A stretch of 64,000 nucleotides of DNA from an uncultured Eubacteriales bacterium (GTDB taxonomy: Bacteria > Bacillota > Clostridia > Oscillospirales > QAMX01): positions 669 to 64,668 of the forward strand of contig CAKTEH010000008.1 of NCBI GenBank assembly GCA_934546935.1, read 5' to 3'. A program made the translations under genes and the position numbers. The notes beneath the pieces are model-generated. The model was given only the letters and a program-made list of their open reading frames with translations. It was not told where the DNA came from and made no database searches. Of this stretch, positions 57,383 through 64,000 are shown piece by piece (position 1 is the first letter of the stretch; the number at the start of each line of letters is the position of its first letter).

Positions 57383-58825
57383 ATGAAAAACATGATTTTC
57401 CATGACGCCCCGTCCAAAAACGCCCCGTTTATTTCCGAGCGTTGCAGCCGCGCGGCAATTGCGCGTTTTCTTGCAAAAGCAAAGGAAAAAAAGGTCGATG
57501 TCCATGCGTTTCAGGTCTGGCGCGATAACGAGCTTATGCTGCGCGCCTCGCTCCCGCCTTATGACTGTCTCGATAAGCGTCTTTACTATTCGCTGTCCAA
57601 AAGCTTCACGGCAACCGCCGTCGGCCTGGCCTGCGATGAAGGGCTTTTAACGACGGACACCCGCATTATGGATATTTTTCCGGATAAACTGCCGTCGGTT
57701 GTCAGCGACAATCTTGCCGCGTGCCGTGTGCGCCATGTGCTCTCCATGAATTCCGGTATTGAAACCCCAGCGCGCAATGCCTGCTTCGATAGCGACGATC
57801 TTGCACGTACATATCTTGCCTGCGATTTTAAATACAAGCCAGGCACGCATTTCATGTATGATACAGGCGCGACCGCCTTTCTTGCCGCAATCGTCAAAAA
57901 GCTTACGGGGCTCAGCGCGCTGGATTATCTGGATATCAAGCTCTTTTCCCGCATGGGCATTCGTGACGTCTATTGGGACCGGACGGCTGACGGCCATATC
58001 CAGGGCGGGACGGGCCTGCATGCCTCCTGCGACGATGCGGCGAAGCTTGGCCTGCTCTACCTTAACCGCGGTGTTTGGAACGGCGAACGCCTGCTCAGCG
58101 AAGCATGGGTCGCGGAAGCCTCCGCAATGCATTCCGACAATCGTCCCTCCGACTGGCCGGATTGGGAGAGCGGATATGGTTATCAGTTTTGGATCTGCTC
58201 GCGCGGCGGTTATCGCGGCGACGGCGCCTTTGGCCAGTATTGTTTTATACTTCCGGATCAGAATGTTGTTGCGGCTGCGTTGTGCGAAGCGGAAAATCTG
58301 CAAAACGCCGTGGATGTTGTTCATGAGCTGGCGCTGGAACTGTTTAATGGAGAGCGTGGATGTGAGGATGTTGAATCCGTGATGCAAAGCTTTTATGCTA
58401 TGCCGCGCACAAAGGCTCCCGATTTCCCGTATCCGGAATACTTTAAAGCGCCGGAAAATCCTTACGGGATTACCGATTTGAAGCTGGATACCGATGGAGA
58501 TACGTTTATATTCTCCGTGTCTGACGGATTCAGCCTAACCTCTGTCCGCTGCGGCAATGGCTGCTGGGTTGATAACCGCGTTTCTTTGGAAATGCTTATG
58601 GCGCCTAATGCACCGGATATCAGGATTCAAACCAGCGAACGGACTGCAGGGATTTCCGCAGCCTACACTGTCGCCGACGGCGAGATTAGAGCCGAGCTGC
58701 GCTGCCGCTACAGCCCGCACCATGTTACATCGTGCTTTACAAAGACGCGGGCAGGCGTAAAATGGACGCTCTCCGGCCTGCGTATCCCGGAAGGTATGCA
58801 GAGTTTGGAATTTACAAAGCTGTGA
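57383..58825 (+). CDS. Serine hydrolase of the beta-lactamase/PBP-like (class C/esterase) family
   Basis: Start set at ATG 57383 (MKNMIFHD...). The SxxK motif is in YYSLSKSFTATAVG, with YxN-like and downstream motifs in a roughly 480-aa protein. The substrate is unknown. Confidence 0.8.
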   Translation: MKNMIFHDAPSKNAPFISERCSRAAIARFLAKAKEKKVDVHAFQVWRDNELMLRASLPPYDCLDKRLYYSLSKSFTATAVGLACDEGLLTTDTRIMDIFPDKLPSVVSDNLAACRVRHVLSMNSGIETPARNACFDSDDLARTYLACDFKYKPGTHFMYDTGATAFLAAIVKKLTGLSALDYLDIKLFSRMGIRDVYWDRTADGHIQGGTGLHASCDDAAKLGLLYLNRGVWNGERLLSEAWVAEASAMHSDNRPSDWPDWESGYGYQFWICSRGGYRGDGAFGQYCFILPDQNVVAAALCEAENLQNAVDVVHELALELFNGERGCEDVESVMQSFYAMPRTKAPDFPYPEYFKAPENPYGITDLKLDTDGDTFIFSVSDGFSLTSVRCGNGCWVDNRVSLEMLMAPNAPDIRIQTSERTAGISAAYTVADGEIRAELRCRYSPHHVTSCFTKTRAGVKWTLSGLRIPEGMQSLEFTKL

Positions 58826-58858
58826 GACTTCCGTGAAAAGAATAAGTTTATTGCTTAT

Positions 58859-58895
58859 AAAAAGCCGTGTATTGCGAAAATGCACGGCTTTTTAT
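58859..58895 (+). terminator. Intrinsic terminator
   Basis: AAAAAGCCGTG...CACGGCTTTTT, followed by ATAAT. Confidence 0.8.
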
Positions 58896-59020
58896 AATGC
58901 TTTGCTTGTTTTTTCTTTAACAGAGAAACTGCCTTTATATTTTACTTTTCTTCTATGGCCTATTGGGAAAAAGAATGATATAATAGAACAAAATCCGATA
59001 TAAAGGAGAAATTTTTTGTT

Positions 59021-60229
59021 ATGCGAGCTTACGAAAGATTACTTGACTATGTCCGTATATCTACGCCGAGCGACGAGGGAAGCGAGACTGCGCCATCGAG
59101 CGCCTGCCAGTTTGACCTTGCGAAGCTTCTTGTGCAGCAGCTGCGCGACATGGGGATTGAAAACGCACATGTAGACGATAAATGCTATGTTTATGCGTCA
59201 ATTCCGGCCACGCCGGGCCTTGAGGAAAAGCCGGCGCTCGGTTTGATTGCGCATATGGACACGGTTTCGGATTTTGCTGCTCAGCCCGTTAATCCACAGG
59301 TTCATGAGAATTATAATGGCGAGGATCTTATCCTGGGCAAAAGCGGACGCGTGCTGGAGGTTTCGAAATTTCCTTGGCTTGCCGAATGGAAGGGACAGAC
59401 GCTGATTACCTCCGATGGCGAAACGATCCTCGGTGCCGACGATAAAGCGGGCATTGCCGAAATTATGACGCTGTGCCAGCGGATTATGACGCGCGGGATT
59501 GCACACGGCAAGATTTGCATCGGTTTTACGCCTGACGAAGAGATCGGACGCGGCGCGGATTATTTCGATGTAGAGGCATTCGGTGCGGATTATGCGTATA
59601 CCGTCGACGGCGGTCTGGCCGGCGGTATCGAATATGAAAACTTCAATGCTGCGGCTGCGCATATTGTTTTCCATGGCTATAATGTCCATCCGGGCAGTTC
59701 CAAGGATCTGATGATTAACGCCGCGCTGCTTGCCTGCCGCTTTAATGAAATGCTGCCGGTGGGTCAGACGCCGCGCGATACGGAGGGTTATGAGGGTTTC
59801 TTCCATCTCGTCGGCATGACGGGCGAGGTTGCGCAGGCAACGCTTGACTATATTATCCGCGATCATGATGCGCGTAAATTCGAAGAGAAAAAGCGGAAAA
59901 TTGGACAGATTGCGGATGAGCTTAACCGGGTTTATGGTGCGGGTACAGTGGAATACACGATCCGTGAGCAGTACCGCAACATGCGGGAAAAACTGGAAAC
60001 CTGCATGTTCCTGATCGATAATGCCAAAAAAGCGGCTGTGTCTGTGGGGCTTACGCCTTCGGTTGAACCGATCCGCGGAGGGACCGACGGTGCACGCCTG
60101 AGCTTTATGGGGCTTCCGTGCCCGAACTTAGGGACCGGCGCGGGAGCTGGACACGGCCCGTATGAGCACGCTAATGCGGAAGCGATGGATCAGATTGTAG
60201 ATATGCTGGAAGCTTTAATCAGGATGTGA
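59021..60229 (+). CDS. pepT: Peptidase T (tripeptide aminopeptidase, M20B)
   Basis: LLDYVRISTPSDE...GLIAHMDTV...GADDKAGIAEIM...TPDEEIGRGA...YTVDGG...GGTDGARLS are PepT signatures. Confidence 0.93.
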   Translation: MRAYERLLDYVRISTPSDEGSETAPSSACQFDLAKLLVQQLRDMGIENAHVDDKCYVYASIPATPGLEEKPALGLIAHMDTVSDFAAQPVNPQVHENYNGEDLILGKSGRVLEVSKFPWLAEWKGQTLITSDGETILGADDKAGIAEIMTLCQRIMTRGIAHGKICIGFTPDEEIGRGADYFDVEAFGADYAYTVDGGLAGGIEYENFNAAAAHIVFHGYNVHPGSSKDLMINAALLACRFNEMLPVGQTPRDTEGYEGFFHLVGMTGEVAQATLDYIIRDHDARKFEEKKRKIGQIADELNRVYGAGTVEYTIREQYRNMREKLETCMFLIDNAKKAAVSVGLTPSVEPIRGGTDGARLSFMGLPCPNLGTGAGAGHGPYEHANAEAMDQIVDMLEALIRM

Positions 60230-60537
60230 GGGATAATCCCCTTTGGATCAGGATCCCCTATTTTCCTGAAAGTTGCTTAATGCAGCAAAAGCATAAGGCT
60301 TCTGTTGATATGTAAGATAGCGGAAGCGCGGAAAAGCGCGGCGGTCGTCAGACCGTTGACAGCCACAGCGGTCTGGTGTGAACTGCCGTGGCTGTTTCTG
60401 TATTTTTCCCGGCTATGTGATAACATGGGACCCGGCAGGCCTGCCAATGGGAATCTGGCTGTGGAAGCAGGGAAACAGCAAGTTGCTTTTCTGGATGCGG
60501 ATCCGCTGATATAATACCTGTATTGGAGGTGGAACCC

Positions 60538-61302
60538 ATGGAAACAAAGAATGTAATATTGGAACTTCGTACAAAGAAGGGCTTATCTCAGGATGAATTG
60601 GCGAAGAGAGTCATGGTGACCAGACAGGCAGTTTCCCGTTGGGAAAACGGTGAAACGGTTCCCAATACAGAGACGCTGAAACTCTTGTCAAAGGAATTCA
60701 ATGTGACGATCAATACACTCTTAGGCGCGCCCAAGCAGCTGATCTGTCAGTGCTGCGGCATGCCTCTGGAGGATGAGATCGTTGGTCATGACCGCGATGG
60801 TTCTTTGAATGAGAACTACTGCCGGTGGTGCTACGCCGACGGAACTTACACCTACAGCAATATGGATGATCTGATCGATGTGTGCGTGAAGCATCTCGTA
60901 AAGGAAGGCTTTACCGAGGAACAGGCGCGCACTCATATGAAAGCAACGCTTCCGACATTGGATTACTGGAAGAGATATGAAGAACTCAGCGATCATGGAC
61001 AGTTTGAAGGGTTCAAGGCGCAGCTGATTCAGGAGATCAACGACCTTCATATTGCGGGGATGCCAAAGGTGGAAAAGCTGAATGCACTGGTTGGCGCCTA
61101 TGTGAATCTGGCCTATCCGCTGCCGAGCGGTGCAAGCGTAAAATTTTTAAATGACCAGACGACATATCTGGGCAATCAGTTGGAATCTGAATTCGGCGGC
61201 AACAGATGTTTTGGAGTTCTGGCAAGCATGGAATTTATCATGGTCTGCACATATGAGGCAGATGGCGCAGATCCGGAATTGCTTCTTTATCAGAAACGAT
61301 AA
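60538..61302 (+). CDS. XRE-family HTH protein with a central zinc-ribbon and a C-terminal domain of unknown function
   Basis: Start set at ATG 60538, with GGAGGTGG upstream. The HTH is LRTKKGLSQDELAKRVMVTRQAVSRWENGETVPNTETLKLLSKEF. The Cys4 ribbon is CQCCGMPL...NYCRWCYADG. Confidence 0.8.
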   Translation: METKNVILELRTKKGLSQDELAKRVMVTRQAVSRWENGETVPNTETLKLLSKEFNVTINTLLGAPKQLICQCCGMPLEDEIVGHDRDGSLNENYCRWCYADGTYTYSNMDDLIDVCVKHLVKEGFTEEQARTHMKATLPTLDYWKRYEELSDHGQFEGFKAQLIQEINDLHIAGMPKVEKLNALVGAYVNLAYPLPSGASVKFLNDQTTYLGNQLESEFGGNRCFGVLASMEFIMVCTYEADGADPELLLYQKR

Positions 61303-61525
61303 GCCTGTCTGCGCAGGAAAATTGAAAATCTTTCCGCTGTAAAGACACCGGCAGCTTCCGGCCTGCCGGACAGACAGAAGGGCGCACCTCTATGCGGGAT
61401 CCCCCATATGCGCTCTGTGAGACTGGACTCCCCTCGAACATCTGAATGTCCGGGGCACCCTGCATCACCGGTTCCGAACAGAGGCCGTATTCCTTGCGCT
61501 GTTTTGTGTCTGCCCTCTTAAGAAA

Positions 61526-61567
61526 GCAAAAGGCGTGACCGCTTCCGTCACGCCTTTTGCCTGTTTT
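61526..61567. terminator. Hairpin terminator about 225 nt downstream of the XRE gene
   Basis: GCAAAAGGCGTGAC-CGCTTCC-GTCACGCCTTTTGC forms a 14-bp stem and is followed by CTGTTTT. Confidence 0.7.
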
Positions 61568-61659
61568 ACTGCCCCCGGATACTTGCCCTATAAAGCCCGC
61601 GGATTTTTTAATCTTGCCAAGGCAGCAGAAACACAGGCTCTTGTAGTTATTGAAAGCAT

Positions 61660-61696
61660 AAAAAGCGGCGTTTCCAACCGGAAACGCCGCTTTTTA
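61660..61696. terminator. Hairpin terminator after pmbA (minus strand)
   Basis: AAAAAGCGGCGTTTCC-AACC-GGAAACGCCGCTTTTT forms a 16-bp stem with A/T runs on both sides. It lies 23 nt from the pmbA stop. Confidence 0.8.
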
Positions 61697-61718
61697 CATT
61701 TCCTCAGAGGTATGCTGC

Positions 61719-63056
61719 CTATTCGCCGGCAACCATTAACTCACGGATCAACAGCGACGGGAGTGCAAAAATACCGTTTGCCGAAGGGGAAACGCGTACG
61801 TCATTACCTACGCATACGACGTCCTTCAAAAGGCTCAGGAAGTTGCCTGCAATGGTGATCCGGTCGATAGGACGGACAATTTTGCCATTTTCTACTAAGA
61901 AACCGGAAGAAAGCAGGGAAAAATCACCTGAAATCGGATTTAAACCTGCATGAAGGCCGCTTACGTCCGTAATTACAAGGCCGTTTCCAAGCTTTTCCAG
62001 CATTGTCTCGTAAGTGTCGGTACCAGGCGCGACGATGAAGTTTGTCGGCGCAACGGAAACCGGAGAAGCTGCGGAAGCGCGGTAGGCGTTGGCAGTGGAT
62101 TCCACCCCTGCCTTGCGCGCGGTTTTGAGATTGTGTAAAAACCCAGTAAAGACGCCGTCTTTAACCAACATTGTTGCGCAGGAAGGTGTCCCTTCATCGT
62201 CAAAAGCGCGCGGGCTGCGGGCGTCAAAGGGATCGTCACAGATGTTAATACAGGCTGCGGCAATGGTTTCGCCCTCCCGCCCGGCCAGAGGGGAAAGCCC
62301 CTTCTGTGCGTCTTCTGCGGAAAAGATATCCGAGAACGCGTCAAAGAAGTCGCAGGCCGCTGTGTTTTTTAATACAATTGGGTAGGCCCCGGAGGGTGCG
62401 GGGGAAGCGCCGAGCATGGAGGCAGCGATTTCCCCTGCTTCTTTTGCGCAGTCTTGTATATTCAAAATATCCTTTCCGAAACGGAGGGCAAAACCGTCGC
62501 GCTGCTCATCGGAGCCCGGCTGCATGGCGATGGGGACTGTATAGGCGAGGGACTGACGGCTATCGCGGGCGGCGTCAAGGCCGAGTGTATTGGAGATGTG
62601 CAGATGGGAATGGCCGCAGCTGAGACTGGTCGCCTGTACGCGCGCAATTTTGTCATTGGCCTGCGCGGCAGCTTGTTCCAGTTCACGGGCAAGCGCAATA
62701 CGCTGCTCCGGCTCCATATCGCATACGGGTTGCTCCGGGGCCTGGACAGCAGCATATTCCTGCGGGCCCTGCATTGGAGAAAGGTCTTCGCTTTCAATCG
62801 AACGTGCGTTGTCAACTGCACGGGCGGCAAGCTGCGCGGGATCGGAAAAATTTTCGGTATAGGCATAGCCGTTTTTGCCATCGAGCTCGACGCGCAGTCC
62901 GAAGCCATAGGCATTGGAAACGCTGTAACTGTCAATTTCCCCGGAAAGAATCCCGACGCGGAAATTTTCATTTTCAATATAAACGCCTTCGGCAGCTTTT
63001 GCACCCAGCGCCAAAGCCGCGTCGAATGCGGCGTTTTTAAATTCCTGATAGGTCAT
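61719..63056 (-). CDS. pmbA: PmbA/TldE metalloprotease partner subunit
   Basis: Start set at ATG 63056 (MTYQEFKNAAFDAALALGAKAAEGVYIENE...), overlapping the tldD stop by 1 nt (TAATG). The C-terminal GLVITDVSGLHAGLNPISGDFSL...GFLVENGKIVRPI is a PmbA/TldD-fold signature. Confidence 0.88.
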   Translation of the reverse strand: MTYQEFKNAAFDAALALGAKAAEGVYIENENFRVGILSGEIDSYSVSNAYGFGLRVELDGKNGYAYTENFSDPAQLAARAVDNARSIESEDLSPMQGPQEYAAVQAPEQPVCDMEPEQRIALARELEQAAAQANDKIARVQATSLSCGHSHLHISNTLGLDAARDSRQSLAYTVPIAMQPGSDEQRDGFALRFGKDILNIQDCAKEAGEIAASMLGASPAPSGAYPIVLKNTAACDFFDAFSDIFSAEDAQKGLSPLAGREGETIAAACINICDDPFDARSPRAFDDEGTPSCATMLVKDGVFTGFLHNLKTARKAGVESTANAYRASAASPVSVAPTNFIVAPGTDTYETMLEKLGNGLVITDVSGLHAGLNPISGDFSLLSSGFLVENGKIVRPIDRITIAGNFLSLLKDVVCVGNDVRVSPSANGIFALPSLLIRELMVAGE

Positions 63057-64000
63057 TATAATGCGCCTCCTTTTCCTCCGACAGTAATCGTCGATACGCG
63101 AATGCGCGGCTGCCCGACATTGGTGGGGATAGAACCGGATGAAGAGCCGCACATTCCCGGCGCCATCCACATTTGGGGTCCTACACGGTCGATATTCATC
63201 AGGATCTGTGCGCCGGAACCCACAAGCGTTGCGCCGCGGACTGGGCAAAAGATTTTACCGTCTTTAACCCAATAGGCTTCATTAACCGCAAAATTGAATT
63301 CGCCGGTCAACGGGTTGACAGAGCCGCCGCCCATCGAAGCGGCGTACAAGCCGTCGCCCATTGTGCGGATCATCTCCTCCGGATCGTCAGAACCGGGGCA
63401 GATAAAGGTATTGGTCATGCGGGATGTTGGGGCAAAGGTATAATCCTGACGGCGGGAAGAGCCGGTCGGCTCCATGCCCATACGCCGGCCGCCGAGACGG
63501 TCGATCATATAGCCCTTTAAGATTCCGTTTTCAATCAGCAGGTTACGGCGCGAAGGCGTTCCCTCATCGTCGATATGGATTGAACCCCATTCCCCTTCCA
63601 TTGTTCCGTCATCGACGGCGCTGACGCAGCCGGCAGCAATTTTTTGGCCGAGCTTACCACAGAAAACAGAATTGCCCTTGGAAACCGAGGTGGCTTCTAG
63701 GGAGTGGCCGCAGGCTTCATGGAAGATTACGCCGCCGAAGCCGCCGTCGATGACAACCGGGAAGTTCCCGGCCGGGCACAGCTCGGCATGCAGCATGGTA
63801 ACAGCCTGTTTGGCGGCAGTGCGTCCGACATTCTCCGGATCGATGCGGTCGAAACCTTCAAACCCCGTGGAATAACCGGGCGCACAGAAACCGGTCTGCC
63901 GGGTGTTTGCATCTGCGGCAACAGCCTGCACGGCCAGGCGCATACGGGCGCGGCGGTCGCTTGCAAATACGCCTTCGGTGTTGCAGACAAAAATATTTTT
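63056..64000 (-). CDS. tldD: TldD metalloprotease, C-terminal part; gene starts beyond the right window edge
   Basis: HEACGHSLE (HExxxH zinc site), DDEGTPSRRNLLIENGILKGY and GGSVNPLTGEFNF are present. The reading frame stays open from 63943 to 64000, so the track Met at 63943 is internal. Confidence 0.9.
   Translation of the reverse strand, partial: KNIFVCNTEGVFASDRRARMRLAVQAVAADANTRQTGFCAPGYSTGFEGFDRIDPENVGRTAAKQAVTMLHAELCPAGNFPVVIDGGFGGVIFHEACGHSLEATSVSKGNSVFCGKLGQKIAAGCVSAVDDGTMEGEWGSIHIDDEGTPSRRNLLIENGILKGYMIDRLGGRRMGMEPTGSSRRQDYTFAPTSRMTNTFICPGSDDPEEMIRTMGDGLYAASMGGGSVNPLTGEFNFAVNEAYWVKDGKIFCPVRGATLVGSGAQILMNIDRVGPQMWMAPGMCGSSSGSIPTNVGQPRIRVSTITVGGKGGAL

Overview
This is 64 kb of a moderately GC-rich bacterial chromosome. 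Gene content and signals point to an anaerobic Firmicute of the class Clostridia: GGAGG-type Shine-Dalgarno sites, an FMN riboswitch before ribU, ComFC/RecD2, YlxM-Ffh-S16-KH, ZapA-Maf-MreC-MreD-PBP2, pyruvate:ferredoxin oxidoreductase, pyruvate phosphate dikinase, acetate kinase, an SLH-domain protein and a Bacillus-type SpeA. The species cannot be named from sequence alone. I support about 57 protein-coding genes, two of them disrupted. Many are joined by 1-14 nt start/stop overlaps, and many units end in clear hairpin-plus-T-run terminators. I recognised no rRNA, tRNA, CRISPR array, transposase, integrase or phage gene. Most long antisense ORFs in the track are GC-driven shadow ORFs inside well-recognised genes. 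The content is mainly housekeeping: cell shape and division, SRP and ribosome, central carbon metabolism. Accessory blocks are interspersed: GH3 and GH43 glycosidases, AraC and LysR regulators, a heterodimeric ABC exporter, AzlCD, and a six-gene polyamine operon. The most unusual observations are: (1) an 861-aa single ORF fusing a TetM/EF-G-like translational GTPase to a Rae1/YacP-type NYN ribonuclease domain; (2) a consensus promoter, a roughly 390-nt structured leader and a strong intrinsic terminator ahead of the polyamine operon, matching no riboswitch class I know; (3) a divergent kinase-fold protein inside that operon, which also combines SpeE/SpeB with the carboxyspermidine route; (4) an M42 peptidase homologue that seems to have lost its metal ligands and lies directly after mreC-mreD-mrdA. 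All calls rest on reading the sequence and remembered family signatures. No database search was run.
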